Under the pieces are notes generated by a model. That model was not told where the DNA came from. It did no database searches and saw only the letters and a list, made by a program, of their open reading frames with translations. A DNA stretch of 64,000 nt, from IMG/VR virus record IMGVR_UViG_3300032319_001025, positions 1 to 64,000 of that record. One strand, written 5' to 3'. The position numbers were made by a program, and so were the translations under genes. Below are positions 1 to 11,300 of this stretch, in pieces; the first letter of the stretch is position 1, and the number at the start of each line of letters is the position of its first letter. The DNA is from a virus. Its lineage: Duplodnaviria > Caudoviricetes.

Positions 1-47
1 AGATTTTTACGTTGTATTTTAATCAAATCTTCCATATGTTACTCCCA

Positions 48-485
48 TTACCAAGAAGACCTGTAGTAATAAAAACCGTCTGGTTTTAAACTGGATAATA
101 CTTCTACAGTTTCTTTTAGGTCATTCCAGTAATGTTCGTCAATATCGGTTGAACCAAAGAAAAACCCTTCAGTTGCAGGCAACAAATAATGGTTTTTATT
201 CTGTATAGCTTTTAAACAGGTATCCTTTAATTTCATTAATTGTTCATAACTAACTTCATACTCTTTACAGTCATCAACTCCGCCTTGGACCTGCTCTACA
301 AACCAATTATGAATTTGATTAGCTTTTCTCCAGTATGCCACCTTTTCGGTTATTTCTGAGATTCTCCCCAAGTCAATTTTTTTAGTATCAGCCGCATAAT
401 TAGAGTTAAACACGCTTACTTCAACAGTTCCTTTATTGTCAGCTTTTAAAAAATACCTTTTATTTAAGTACATATCTAGTCCCAT
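48..485 (-). CDS. Conserved phage hypothetical protein
   Basis: Likely start is MGLDMYL at 485, preceded by AGGAGG. The YWRKANQIHNWF and GFFFGS motifs resemble a widespread phage family. Confidence 0.7.
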   Translation of the reverse strand: MGLDMYLNKRYFLKADNKGTVEVSVFNSNYAADTKKIDLGRISEITEKVAYWRKANQIHNWFVEQVQGGVDDCKEYEVSYEQLMKLKDTCLKAIQNKNHYLLPATEGFFFGSTDIDEHYWNDLKETVEVLSSLKPDGFYYYRSSW

Positions 486-519
486 AAGTTCCTCCTGTAA
501 TAAGTTAAAATTAAATCCT

Positions 520-732
520 TTAATCGATTTTATCGTTATTTTTATCGTAATAAATTTCTTCAGCCCATTGCCAAAAACACTCATCTTTGCTTAATAAAAG
601 TCTTTTATGTTGACTGGAATCTTGTAATTCATCTACGTATACTAAATAGTCATCATAAAGCTCATCATAATTGTCTTTAATCCATTCAAGTGCTTTAGGT
701 TCCATGCTGTTAGTATAAAATTTTTTATACAT
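520..732 (-). CDS. Hypothetical protein
   Basis: ATG at 732 (MYKKFY) preceded by GGAGG; lies just downstream of the sigma54-type motif. Confidence 0.6.
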   Translation of the reverse strand: MYKKFYTNSMEPKALEWIKDNYDELYDDYLVYVDELQDSSQHKRLLLSKDECFWQWAEEIYYDKNNDKID

Positions 733-777
733 ATTGCCTCCCCACACTTTAATCATAGCAAATGCATTAAAAGGCAC

Positions 778-799
778 AATAACGCAAAGTTTATGCCAA
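778..799 (-). promoter_or_regulatory. Sigma54-type (-24/-12) promoter, copy 1
   Basis: Minus strand reads TTGGCATAAACTTTGCGTTATT, matching TGGCAY-N5-TTGC spacing. Identical at 4490-4511 and 5408-5429. Confidence 0.75.
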
Positions 800-829
800 G
801 TAAAATTTATTAAATTTTAATGATTTTAA

Positions 830-2629
830 TTACTTATTTGAAGACATTATTTGATCTATATCATCGCCACTAATGGTCTCTTTCTCTAAAAGAGCAGCAG
901 CTATTCCATGAAGAGATTTGATATTATCGTTTAAAAGCTTTTTAGCACGTTCATAATTAGATGTAATCAAGACCCTAACTTCTTGTTCGATAGATTTATA
1001 TAAGTCATTAGAAAAGTCTTTTTTAGGCATACCAAAATAGCTTTCCTTTTCATTAGAGTAATTGATAGGCCCAAGAGTATCGCTTAAGCCCCATTCACAT
1101 ACCATTTTTCTAGCTAATTCAGAAGCTCTTTCAATATCATTAGAAGCTCCAGTAGTAATTTGACCCATAACAAGTTCTTCAGCAATTCTACCGCCCATAA
1201 GGAACGAAATCATGTCTTCAGCGTATTCTTTAGTCATTGAAACCCTGTCTTCTGTAGGAAGAGTTTGAGTAACACCTAAAGCCATACCTCTAGGTACAAT
1301 TGTTACTTTATGAATAGGATCAATATTTTTAAGAAGCTTACCTACAAGAGCATGACCAGCTTCATGATATGCAGTAGTTTTCTTTTCTAAATCACTCATA
1401 ACAAGACTTCTTTTTTCTAGACCCATAATAACCTTGTCTATGGCATACTGAAAATCTTCCATTTCTATTACTTTTTTGTTCTTTTTAGCAGCATTTAAAG
1501 CAGCTTCATTAACAACGTTTTCAATTTCGGCACCAGAAAATCCAGGTGTTTTTCTAGCTAAAATATTTAAGTTTACATCATCAGATAAAGGATTTTTAGC
1601 TGTATGCACTTTAAATATAGCTTCACGACCGTTTAAAGAAGGTAAAGGAACACTGATTTGCCTATCGAATCTACCAGGTCTTAAAAGAGCGGCATCTAAA
1701 ACGTCAGATCTATTAGTTGCTCCAATAATAATAATTCCGTTATTGCCGTTAAACCCATCCATTTCTACTAAAAGCTGATTAAGAGTTTGTTCTCTTTCAT
1801 CGTGACCGCCGCTAAAACCAACACCACGTTTTTTACCAATGGTATCAATTTCATCGATAAAAATAATACATGGAGCGCTTTTAGATGCCTGATCAAACAA
1901 GTCTCTAACTCTAGACGCGCCTACACCAACAAACATCTCAACAAAATCCGATCCAGATACAAAGAAAAATGGCACGCCAGCTTCTCCAGCTACAGCTTTA
2001 GCGAGTAACGTTTTACCAGTTCCAGGAGACCCAGTTAACAGAATACCCCTCGGAATCCTACCACCAAGCTTAGTAAATTTACCTGGATATCTTAAAAACT
2101 CCACAACTTCTTCAAGTTCAGCCTTTACTTCTTCCATTCCAGCAACATCATCAAACAAAACAGAATTTCTAGCTCCAACAAAAGATTTAGCTTTGCTTTT
2201 TCCAAAACTACTAATAGAACCGCCTCCGCCTCCGCCAATACCGCGCATTACAAAACTTAAAAGAAGCCAAAAAACTAAAAACATTAATCCCATCATTAAA
2301 ATACTAACTAACATGCTATTACTACTTTGATTTTCATAATTAGGTGTTATTTTATGCTGCTCTAGAATTTCGAATACTCTAGCATTATAGGTATCTCCAA
2401 AAGTTTCAAAATAAACATATTGATTGTCTACAGGTTTTTTAAAAACACCAGTTATTGATTGATTTAATTTTATGGTTACTTCAGATACTTGATCTGTCTT
2501 TACATATTCAATAAAGTCTTTAAAGTTAATTTTTTTGGTAGTTTCTTTTTTATTTACTGGACTGGTAATTACTAGCAAAGCTACTACAACTAAAGTAAAA
2601 AATGCTAGTTTCTTTAAAGAAATTTTCAC
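830..2629 (-). CDS. ftsH: ATP-dependent zinc metalloprotease FtsH
   Basis: Two N-terminal TM segments, Walker A GSPGTGKT, Walker [27 protein letters not shown] zinc site; GTG start. Confidence 0.97.
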   Translation of the reverse strand: MKISLKKLAFFTLVVVALLVITSPVNKKETTKKINFKDFIEYVKTDQVSEVTIKLNQSITGVFKKPVDNQYVYFETFGDTYNARVFEILEQHKITPNYENQSSNSMLVSILMMGLMFLVFWLLLSFVMRGIGGGGGGSISSFGKSKAKSFVGARNSVLFDDVAGMEEVKAELEEVVEFLRYPGKFTKLGGRIPRGILLTGSPGTGKTLLAKAVAGEAGVPFFFVSGSDFVEMFVGVGASRVRDLFDQASKSAPCIIFIDEIDTIGKKRGVGFSGGHDEREQTLNQLLVEMDGFNGNNGIIIIGATNRSDVLDAALLRPGRFDRQISVPLPSLNGREAIFKVHTAKNPLSDDVNLNILARKTPGFSGAEIENVVNEAALNAAKKNKKVIEMEDFQYAIDKVIMGLEKRSLVMSDLEKKTTAYHEAGHALVGKLLKNIDPIHKVTIVPRGMALGVTQTLPTEDRVSMTKEYAEDMISFLMGGRIAEELVMGQITTGASNDIERASELARKMVCEWGLSDTLGPINYSNEKESYFGMPKKDFSNDLYKSIEQEVRVLITSNYERAKKLLNDNIKSLHGIAAALLEKETISGDDIDQIMSSNK

Positions 2630-2659
2630 GGTAACTCCATCAGGGTTGTTTTATTTTTA

Positions 2660-2690
2660 GGGGTTTTTAACTTTTAAAATTAAAAACCCC
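2660..2690 (-). terminator. Putative intrinsic terminator hairpin
   Basis: Inverted repeat GGGGTTTTTAA...TTAAAAACCCC between the ClpP-like gene and ftsH. Confidence 0.5.
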
Positions 2691-2716
2691 ATTAGATACG
2701 TTACTATGTTACTATT

Positions 2717-3511
2717 TTATTGATATATAAATCCATATTTTTCTACAAGATCTGCTTTATTTTTATTAAAAAACTCAACCGCAGCTTCCTCACCTCTAAT
2801 AACCTCGGCTTCTTTGATTAATGGACATTTATTAAATCTAACTCTGACTGAAAATAATCCAAGATCCAATTCTTTAGGTTTTCCAGGACCTCTCAGTGTT
2901 TTGTCACATCTTAATGTTACTACTTTATCAGCAAATTTATTTTTAATGGACTCTTCAGGCCCCATCCATAGTTCATTTGCTATCATTCCCAAGTAAGTGT
3001 TTAAATCCATACCAGCTCGTTCAGCAACGCCAGCGTTTATTTTCATTAATTGGTCAGCAACCGATTTCACCCTACTAATAAAACTACCAGGAAAATTACC
3101 AGTAATTCCACCAATTGTAGCTCTGTGACTCATCATAGTTGATGATGAAATTACATACCTATCACCTAAATTTTGTGAAATAACAAAACCCATACTTGCA
3201 TTAAACAAGCTTACTGTATGTACAGGTCTAGGTAAACTTTTTGCAACCTCAACAATTTTTAAACCGTCATCAATGCTTCCACCAGGAGTGTCTAGAACTA
3301 AATACAAAGGCTCTCCAGCTTTTAGTTCATCGCTTTTTTCAAGTAATTCTTTGCTTACGTTTGTTGCAACAGAACCCATAATAGGCATATTTAAAACAAC
3401 TGTGTTTTTTTCGGAAAGTGTTAGTATTTCGTTTTTATTTGCAGGGTTTACACCTTTTTCGCTTGCACTAGTGCAGGCGCTTAGCAGTAACATAATTAGT
3501 AAGTATCTCAT
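2717..3511 (-). CDS. ClpP/S14-like serine protease with lipoprotein signal
   Basis: DTPGGS, ASMG (catalytic Ser) and MMSHRA (His) motifs; N-terminal lipobox LLSAC. Confidence 0.8.
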   Translation of the reverse strand: MRYLLIMLLLSACTSASEKGVNPANKNEILTLSEKNTVVLNMPIMGSVATNVSKELLEKSDELKAGEPLYLVLDTPGGSIDDGLKIVEVAKSLPRPVHTVSLFNASMGFVISQNLGDRYVISSSTMMSHRATIGGITGNFPGSFISRVKSVADQLMKINAGVAERAGMDLNTYLGMIANELWMGPEESIKNKFADKVVTLRCDKTLRGPGKPKELDLGLFSVRVRFNKCPLIKEAEVIRGEEAAVEFFNKNKADLVEKYGFIYQ

Positions 3512-3595
3512 TTACGTATCTCCGTTTTTAAATGTGTTAAAATTACATTTTATAACAGAAACTGTAAAGAATCAACATATTTGTAAAAAAAGTTT

Positions 3596-3847
3596 TCAGT
3601 GAAAAAATAAAATTAGAATCCAACAAAAAAGTTGAATAAGTATTTGAAATTGTTTGCTAATTGAAAAACCATTAATCATAATATTTGAAACCGCAAAGCA
3701 AGCTAAACCTAAAATAATTGAAAGCATATTTAAAAGCGGCAGACTGATTGACTGTTTTAATATTAAAACTTTTATTAATTGCCAAACAGAAACTGCCGCA
3801 AATATGGTATTTCCAGTCCAAATTAAATTTTCAGGTTTTATCTTCAA
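3596..3847 (-). CDS. Small membrane protein (about 3 TM)
   Basis: Hydrophobic ORF in a tight minus-strand operon. Confidence 0.55.
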   Translation of the reverse strand: MKIKPENLIWTGNTIFAAVSVWQLIKVLILKQSISLPLLNMLSIILGLACFAVSNIMINGFSISKQFQILIQLFCWILILFFH

Positions 3848-3852
3848 GTTAA

Positions 3853-4086
3853 TTACCTGTTAAGACTAGCAATATAATAAATCAAGCCAGATGAAACGCT
3901 CATATAAAAAACTAAATAAAATAAAACCTTTATAATGATAGCATTTTCTTGAGATTTTGTAAGACTAGTAGCTTCTGTTTTAAAAGCCTTAGTTTCCAAT
4001 TTAACAGTTTTATTTTTTTTCTCTTTTGTTTCCAGTTCTTTCATTTGATGAAAATATGACGGATGTGTTAAATCAATATTATACAT
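3853..4086 (-). CDS. Hypothetical protein with C-terminal TM
   Basis: Operonic spacing; hydrophobic C-terminus. Confidence 0.6.
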   Translation of the reverse strand: MYNIDLTHPSYFHQMKELETKEKKNKTVKLETKAFKTEATSLTKSQENAIIIKVLFYLVFYMSVSSGLIYYIASLNR

Positions 4087-4088
4087 AA

Positions 4089-4307
4089 TTAATACCCTTT
4101 CATTTTTTGTTCAATTAAAGAATCTGCATATCCCATTTCGGCAATTATATCTGAATATAAATTTTGCATTTCATCAATCACTTCTTTAGACGGTTCCTGG
4201 TCCCCGCTCAGTAAAAGAGCGTCAACTATCACATATTCTTTTTTTGTTTCATTGTATTTTACTTTAATTTTGTAATCGTTATTATTGTGTTCAATTGTGT
4301 AGTACAT
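4089..4307 (-). CDS. Hypothetical protein
   Basis: ATG (MYYTIE) preceded by GGAGG. Confidence 0.6.
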   Translation of the reverse strand: MYYTIEHNNNDYKIKVKYNETKKEYVIVDALLLSGDQEPSKEVIDEMQNLYSDIIAEMGYADSLIEQKMKGY

Positions 4308-4321
4308 GTTTACCTCCAATA

Positions 4322-4435
4322 TTAAACGTAAAGCTTTAAAAAAACCAAAACAAATAATGTAAAATATACTAAAAGCAGCATATTTACGTTTTTTTGGTTT
4401 TCTTTTCTACTTATTTTTTTATTTTTTGTTTTCAT
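4322..4435 (-). CDS. 37-aa membrane peptide (not in the ORF track)
   Basis: MKTKNKKISRKENQKNVNMLLLVYFTLFVLVFLKLYV; AAAGGA RBS; first gene after sigma54-type motif copy 2. Confidence 0.5.
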   Translation of the reverse strand: MKTKNKKISRKENQKNVNMLLLVYFTLFVLVFLKLYV

Positions 4436-4489
4436 AGTTTTATTTCCTTTTGTTTATAGTTTAATAATATCAAATTTATATTTCGAAAC

Positions 4490-4511
4490 AATAACGCAAA
4501 GTTTATGCCAA
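4490..4511 (-). promoter_or_regulatory. Sigma54-type promoter, copy 2
   Basis: Same 22-mer, TTGGCATAAACTTTGCGTTATT. Confidence 0.75.
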
Positions 4512-4546
4512 ATTAGGAGGGGTATTTTAATACCCCACCCCTTAAC

Positions 4547-5350
4547 TTATCCAACTTTAGAAACAGCTTCAAAAGCTACTTTATTCAATTTAATTTGTTG
4601 AGAAATTGAAGTAACTTTTCGAGTTTTAGTACTAACCATAATTTGATCAATTACTTTACCGTCACTATCGTATACATTTTTTGCATATGTAAACGGAATA
4701 CCGCCCCTAATAAGTTTTTCTTGTAGTCTGTTAAGAACGGTATACGCATCGTGCTCAGAATCTTCTGGACGAACAACCTGTTCAACAGTTGAAGCATCAA
4801 AGCTAACTAAATTATTAGTGTTTTCAAATCTAGTTTTAATCACTTCATTGGCAATTTGAAATCTTTGATGTGTATCTAGTTGAATATTTTGAAGTTTTTG
4901 TAGTTCATTGACAAATTGCGGAATTCCTTCTGTAACATATTCAATACCTTCTGATAGTTTTTTGACTATATTTTGAGAGTGTACCGCATGGAAATATCTA
5001 AAAATACCACCAGCTAAAAGCTGATTTAAGCAGGCAACACGCATAACTCCCATAAAAGCTGATAATCTGGTAGTTCCGTCATGAGAATTTAATAGATACA
5101 GTCTGATTTCTGATTCGTTATTTTTACTAAGACCTTGGACTAAAGGCAATGAAGGGTTTTTAAGGCATACTAAATGTTTTTGGAAACCTTGTTTTTCTAC
5201 TTTTCTAACATTTGCAATACTTCTAGAGTCTTCATACCATCCTTTTGATTTAAAGGTTTCTAGTATTTCTTGACTTGATATAAAACCATAAGTTTGAGAT
5301 AGATTAGGTGCTGCTGTTACTTGGTTAATTGGATTAATAATTTTTTCCAT
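4547..5350 (-). CDS. DUF932/DUF945-family protein
   Basis: FQKHLV, LLNSHDG, RVACLNQL and LNRLQEKLIRGG motifs. Confidence 0.8.
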   Translation of the reverse strand: MEKIINPINQVTAAPNLSQTYGFISSQEILETFKSKGWYEDSRSIANVRKVEKQGFQKHLVCLKNPSLPLVQGLSKNNESEIRLYLLNSHDGTTRLSAFMGVMRVACLNQLLAGGIFRYFHAVHSQNIVKKLSEGIEYVTEGIPQFVNELQKLQNIQLDTHQRFQIANEVIKTRFENTNNLVSFDASTVEQVVRPEDSEHDAYTVLNRLQEKLIRGGIPFTYAKNVYDSDGKVIDQIMVSTKTRKVTSISQQIKLNKVAFEAVSKVG

Positions 5351-5407
5351 TTTATTTTCCTTTCAGTTTCGTTATGTCTTTATACTAACTTACTGATTAT
5401 TTTTGTA

Positions 5408-5429
5408 AATAACGCAAAGTTTATGCCAA
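5408..5429 (-). promoter_or_regulatory. Sigma54-type promoter, copy 3
   Basis: Same 22-mer, upstream of the DUF932 gene. Confidence 0.75.
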
Positions 5430-5595
5430 TTAATAATTATTTTTTGTTTAATGTAATTAAATGCTTGCATATTTTTTATATAAGCTTTATCATTTTTATT
5501 AATGGTTTTTTAAAAAAAATAGCAAGGCTAAAAGGGTAATAAAATTAACTAATAATATTAAATAGTTAAATTATTAATGAAAATTAATTAAGATT

Positions 5596-5605
5596 ACTTA
5601 ATCTT
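5596..5605 (+). promoter_or_regulatory. Putative late promoter ACTTAATCTT
   Basis: Motif recurs upstream of 13 plus-strand genes, plus one variant. Confidence 0.7.
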
Positions 5606-5623
5606 TTAATTTTAGAGAAAACT

Positions 5624-8158
5624 ATGCCCATTCGTTACGATATAAAAACAGATTTAAATAGCTTATATACAAGCGGTGGTTCTTACGTACATATTGGATT
5701 AGGCGATCTATTAGATCAGTTGATTTCTGGGGAAGTAAACGGACCAGGAATTTCTACTCAGTACAGTATTGCTACATGGGCAAGCACTAACGGTTCAGAT
5801 CTTTTAAGTACTTCAAATGCTACCATTGACCCTTCTGGCGTATTAACTTTATCATCTTCAAATATTACTCATGTCTTAGCAGGTGCTATAAGGATTGGCG
5901 ACACCGTTCAATTAGCCTCTGTTTCTGGTGCTGGAGCTTTAAGATTTTCAAGCGGTTCTTTAGAATATTCAGATGGAACTTCATGGGTTGCAGTTAACGC
6001 TAATGCAGCAGAATGGCACATTAATGGAAATGCTGGAACTAATTCAGTTACAGATTATATTGGAACAAGCGATGCTCAAGATTTTGTAATTAGAACAAAT
6101 GCAATACCCAGAGTCACAGTCGATAAAGCTGGTCCGGTAACAGTCGATACGTCATTAACAGTTAACGGTGATTTAACAGTAAATGGAACTTTAACTTACA
6201 TTAATACAACAGATATTGAAGTTACAGATAAAAACATCATTGTTAATAAAAACGGAAATGATGCCAGTGCTATAGGTGCTGGATTAACCGTGGACAGAGT
6301 TAGTACACAAGGAAGTTTAATTTTTGATCCATCTACTACTTCTAAATGGAAGGCAGGTCTTTTAGGATCTGAATACGAATTATTAAGCAAGGCAAATACA
6401 ACTTCCGATCTTACAGAAGGCAGCAATTTGTATTTCACCGATTCTCGAGCTGTTAGTGCTACAATTAATGGCGTTAACATAAGTGATCTTGCAGATTATT
6501 TTGACAGCGGAATTCACGTAAACGTAATTTATGTAAACGATAATGAAAAAGATATTCAAACTGCTTTAACTGAAGTTGGAGCAAGTCAAGGTTACAGCAT
6601 TTATTTAAGTCCTGGAAGTTTTGGCGGAGCTACAGTAACAGTACAAGATAAAATAAATTTACAAATTATTGGACCCGCAACACCAAGCGGTGCGCATCAA
6701 TGCGAATTAGCTGGCGGAAGAGCTTTAACTATTAGTGGCGCTACAAGTACAAGAGTTAGACTTTTAAATTTTCAAATTGAAGGTTTGTTAACAATTGATG
6801 GAACTCAAGGTCGTCATTATTTTAGAGATATGGATCTTGTTGGCGGTTTAACAATTACAAATGGAACTTCAAACTGGTTAGTTTTTCAAAACTGTTATTT
6901 TTCTGGACCAGTAACGATTAATGCAAGCTTTGCAGGCTTTGTTTACTTTATACAGTGTGATTTTGGAAATCAAACAATTACAAATAATGCAGCAAGCGCA
7001 GTACAAGTTGTTTTTAATAGTTGTACAGGATTGAATTCTTTTACAGCAGGAAATTTAACTTTTTCAGGTCAAAACTTTTTATATACTGGCGTGTCGAGGC
7101 TTGACATGATTGGTACTGGAATTTTTTCTGGAAGTGATATTGCGTGGAGCACTGACGGCGGCGGTAACATAGGCGTACCCTACAGCAATTCTGTTACTAG
7201 TATTGGTAAAAATAGGCCAATTAACATTTATGCCAAAAGCAATATTTTTAGTACCACCTATAGAAGTTCAATTTTTTCAAATCAAGCAGCTGCCAATAAT
7301 GTATTTTCATTTGTAAAAGGAAGAGGAACAGAAACTTCACCGCTTCCTACATTAGCTAATGATTATTTAGGGTATTTAGAATGGAGAGCCACGTATAATA
7401 CCGCTCTTGGACAATCTTTAGCAATAACAAGAATACAATCCCAAGCTTTAGAAAATATTGCAAGCGGTGCAACTGGCGGAAGAATAGTATTTCAAACTTG
7501 TGCAATAGGAACAAATACGCTATCAGATACAGTATATATCGCTTTTTCTGGAGCAAGCCTCAATACAAATTTATTTTTCCCTGCTGAAACTTATGATATT
7601 GGAGCTTCTTCTTCAAATAGACCTAATAATGTGTACGTTAAAAATAATTTAGAAGTTGGTAACGACATTACATTAAAAGGTGCTTCAGGTTCTGATTTGC
7701 TATGGAGCACTGACGGCGGCGGTAATATAGGCGTTTCTAATAGTAATAGACCAGATTATGTTCATATAAGAACTCAGCTTACTATTGGAACAGATACAAA
7801 TTTATACAGAGATTCCGCAAGCACTCTTAAAACAGACAGTAATTTAGTTCTTGGCGGTGGATTGTCTATAAAAAGATCGGCAACTTCAGTAGATAAAACT
7901 TTAGGTGCTTCTGATTGTTACATGGGTGTAGATACAACTGGTGGCATAGTTAATATCACCCTGCCTTTAGCAAACTCAACCTATAGTGGAAAAGTTTATA
8001 TAGTAAAAGATGAGGCAGGAAATGCTTCTGTTAATAAAATTAGAATTCAAGTTCAAGGTTCAGATAAAATAGACGGTGGAACCTATTTTGACCTTATTAC
8101 AGAATCAGAATCTGTTACTGTTGTCGGTGACGGCGCAAGTAATTGGTTTTTAATATAA
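5624..8158 (+). CDS. Fibre/spike protein with beta-helix-like centre
   Basis: Rich in G/S/T/N; TTSDLTEGSNLYFT and WSTDGGGNIG..RP repeats; C-terminal GKVYIVKD...DG.SNWF domain shared with the next two genes. Confidence 0.8.
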   Translation: MPIRYDIKTDLNSLYTSGGSYVHIGLGDLLDQLISGEVNGPGISTQYSIATWASTNGSDLLSTSNATIDPSGVLTLSSSNITHVLAGAIRIGDTVQLASVSGAGALRFSSGSLEYSDGTSWVAVNANAAEWHINGNAGTNSVTDYIGTSDAQDFVIRTNAIPRVTVDKAGPVTVDTSLTVNGDLTVNGTLTYINTTDIEVTDKNIIVNKNGNDASAIGAGLTVDRVSTQGSLIFDPSTTSKWKAGLLGSEYELLSKANTTSDLTEGSNLYFTDSRAVSATINGVNISDLADYFDSGIHVNVIYVNDNEKDIQTALTEVGASQGYSIYLSPGSFGGATVTVQDKINLQIIGPATPSGAHQCELAGGRALTISGATSTRVRLLNFQIEGLLTIDGTQGRHYFRDMDLVGGLTITNGTSNWLVFQNCYFSGPVTINASFAGFVYFIQCDFGNQTITNNAASAVQVVFNSCTGLNSFTAGNLTFSGQNFLYTGVSRLDMIGTGIFSGSDIAWSTDGGGNIGVPYSNSVTSIGKNRPINIYAKSNIFSTTYRSSIFSNQAAANNVFSFVKGRGTETSPLPTLANDYLGYLEWRATYNTALGQSLAITRIQSQALENIASGATGGRIVFQTCAIGTNTLSDTVYIAFSGASLNTNLFFPAETYDIGASSSNRPNNVYVKNNLEVGNDITLKGASGSDLLWSTDGGGNIGVSNSNRPDYVHIRTQLTIGTDTNLYRDSASTLKTDSNLVLGGGLSIKRSATSVDKTLGASDCYMGVDTTGGIVNITLPLANSTYSGKVYIVKDEAGNASVNKIRIQVQGSDKIDGGTYFDLITESESVTVVGDGASNWFLI

Positions 8159-8293
8159 AACAGATTTTTATTTTTGACGGTAAAATATCGTCGATTTACA
8201 TTAAAAAATATGTAAAAAGTTGTTTAGTTAAAACAATAATTTACAATATAAAAAAAGCAACTAAGAATGAATTGATTAATTTTTAATTAAAAA

Positions 8294-8303
8294 ACTTAAT
8301 CTA
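8294..8303 (+). promoter_or_regulatory. Putative late promoter ACTTAATCTA
   Basis: Recurring motif upstream of 8355. Confidence 0.65.
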
Positions 8304-8354
8304 TGCTTTATAGATATTTTCATGTCTTTTATAAATATTAAGGGGTAAAATAAA

Positions 8355-11300
8355 ATGGCATTTATTCGTAATTCAGACGCTTTAGTTGAAGGCTTGTCTA
8401 ATAAATTTTTTACTAACGCACGTGCAAAATCAGCTGTTCAAAGTGATTTGGATAGCTTAAGTTCGAGCATTTCTTCGGAATCATCTGCTCGTCAATCTGC
8501 AGTATCTGATCTACAAGGTCAGATTGATCATATTTTAAGCAATATTGATCCTGCAGCACTAGATTCTCTAACTGAAATCGTAGCTGCTTTTCAATCTGCT
8601 GATAGCAGCATTAATACCGCTATTTCAAATTTAAGTGCTTCATCAAGCGCTGCAGTATCTGCTGAACAAAGCAGAGCTGAAGCTGCTGAAGCTTCTTTAA
8701 GTGCAGCTATTTCGCAAGAAGTATCAGATCGTCAATCTGCTGTTAGCGCAGAAGTTAGCCGTGCTGAAGCTGCTGAAGGTGTTTTAACCTCTGCAGTATC
8801 TGCTGAAGCAAGCCGTGCTGAAGCTGCTGAAGCTTCTTTATCCGCTGGTTTAGCTCAAGAAGTTAGCGACAGACAAGCTGCTGTTAGTGCAGAAGCATCT
8901 GCAAGAGCTACTGCTGTTAGCGCTGAAGCAAGCCGTGCTGAAGCTGCTGAAGCTTCTTTATCCGCTGGTTTAGCTCAAGAAGTTAGCGACAGACAAGCTG
9001 CAGTATCTGCTGAAGCAAGTGCCCGTTCTGCTGCTGTTAGCGCTGAAGCATCTGCAAGAGCTACTGCTGTTAGCGCTGAAGCATCTGCAAGAGCTACTGC
9101 TGTTAGCGCAGAAGCAAGTTCAAGAGCCGCTGCTGATAGTGCTTTAAGTAGTCGTTTGGACGTAATAGAAGGCTCAGGAGCTGGTTCAATTTTAAAAGCC
9201 ATTTCTGATTCGGAATCTTATACAGATTCAAAAATTGCAGCTTTAATCAATGGTGCTCCAGCTGCTCTAGATACATTGAAAGAAATTGCTGATCAATTAG
9301 CTAATGACGAGTCGGCAGTCAGTGCTTTAACTAACACTGTCTCTTTGAACTTGCAAGCAGCTAAAGATTACGCCGATGGGAAAGTAAGTACAGAACAGTC
9401 TAGATCTCAAGGAATTGAGGCTGGTCTACGATCAGACTTAAATTCTGAAATTGCTAATAGACAAAGTGCTGATAGTTCTGAAGCAGCCGCAAGAGCCGCT
9501 GAAGACTTGACAATGGTTAAGCTTGACGGTTCTCGTTCGATGACCGGCGTTCTTAAGCAAATTGACGGTGCTGTAACTGCCCCCTCTTATTCATTTGCAA
9601 GTAAAACCAATAGCGGGATGTATCTTACTGCGTCTTCGGTATCAATCTCCTACAACGGAACAAAAAGGATCGAAGCTTATTCTCTTGGTGCTTGGGTTAC
9701 CGGTGGAATGACTCTTGACGGTTCTTCCGGCTGTACGCTTCTTTGGAATACCGATGGATCGGGCGATATCGGATCGTCCGGTGCAAAAAGACCCAACAAC
9801 GTATATGTTAAGACAAGTGTTGTAACCCCAAGCATAACTATCGGATCTTTATCCGGTATGTTAAAAGCTTCTGCTGGTGTTGTGTCAGGTTCTGCTACAA
9901 CTTCAGATTTAACTGAAGGAAGCAACCTATACTACACACAAGCTCGCTTTGATAGTGCTTTTGCAGCAAAATCAACCACAAATCTAGCTGAAGGTACAAA
10001 TTTATATTATACTACAGCACGCGTTAAAGCTGATGCAGTAGTTAATAGCTCTTCCGGTTCTCAAACTGATCAGGCAATGTCAGTTAGTGCTGCTAAATCT
10101 TATGTTGATTCTGGTTTAGCTCAAAAAGTAGATGTTACTGCTAATTATGACATTAAGCCTTCGGTTTACAGCGCAGGAACAAAAAGTTCAAACTTTACCA
10201 TTAATTTGGCTCAAGGAGCTAAACAAAAGTTTACTCTCGGAGCTTCTGTAACAGTAACCTTTTCAAATCCTGTTACTGGCGGTGACTATCTATTTGAAAT
10301 CGTTCAAGATGCTACTGGTGGACGACAAATAACTTGGCCTACCGTACAATGGTTTAATGGTGTTGCACCTACATTATCTGGAGCTAATAAAACTGATTTT
10401 GTTCAGTTGTTTTATGATGGTTCAAGCTATTATGGAAGTTATCAGTTAGCCGATGTTGTTTTTGCTACAAGTACTGATCTTTCTTCTCAGATTACTTCAG
10501 AAGCATCTACTAGAGCTGCTGCTGATACAACACTTCAAACAAATATCAACAACCTGTTTTCAACCAAAACAACTAGTAATCTGGCCGAAGGTACAAATTT
10601 ATACTATACTACAGCAAGAACACAAACAGATGCTTCTAAGAGAGACCTAAGCAATCTTACAACAACGGCAATTAACCAATCTTTATTGTTTACTGCTGAC
10701 GGAACATTAGATATCGGTGCTTCTGCTGCAAGTAGACCTAATAACGTTTACGTTAAAACCGCTTTAAACGTAGCTGGTCTAACAGTATCTCTTGGTGCTG
10801 GTTCTGTTTCTACAAACGTAGCTATTGGACCATCTTCTTTAAATTCTAATACGACAGGTGCCGCAAACGTAGCTATTGGTAATTTGGCATCTCAATATGC
10901 TGTTGCTTCTGCTAACGTAGCAATTGGTAGTACAGCTTTAGGTGGTAGTGCTACAATATCAGCTACCGGAGGCAATGCTACCGCTATAGGTACAGGCGCA
11001 GGACAATACGTATCTACTGCTACTTCATTGGTTGCTGTTGGTATTGGTGCCTTGGCTGGTCAATCTACAACCGCAATGAGCGGAAATAATAATACAGCCG
11101 TAGGTGCTTTGGCAGGGCAATTCGTGTCGACCGCTCAAAATATAGTAGCTATCGGTGCTAATGCACTTAAAGGAATTACTACTGCACCAGTAACTGGTAA
11201 TAGCAATGTTGCAATTGGTAGTGGCGCAGGTCAAAACGTTACTAGTGGTCTTAATAACATAGCTATTGGTACTGGTTCTTTAATAGGTCAAGCCACAGGT

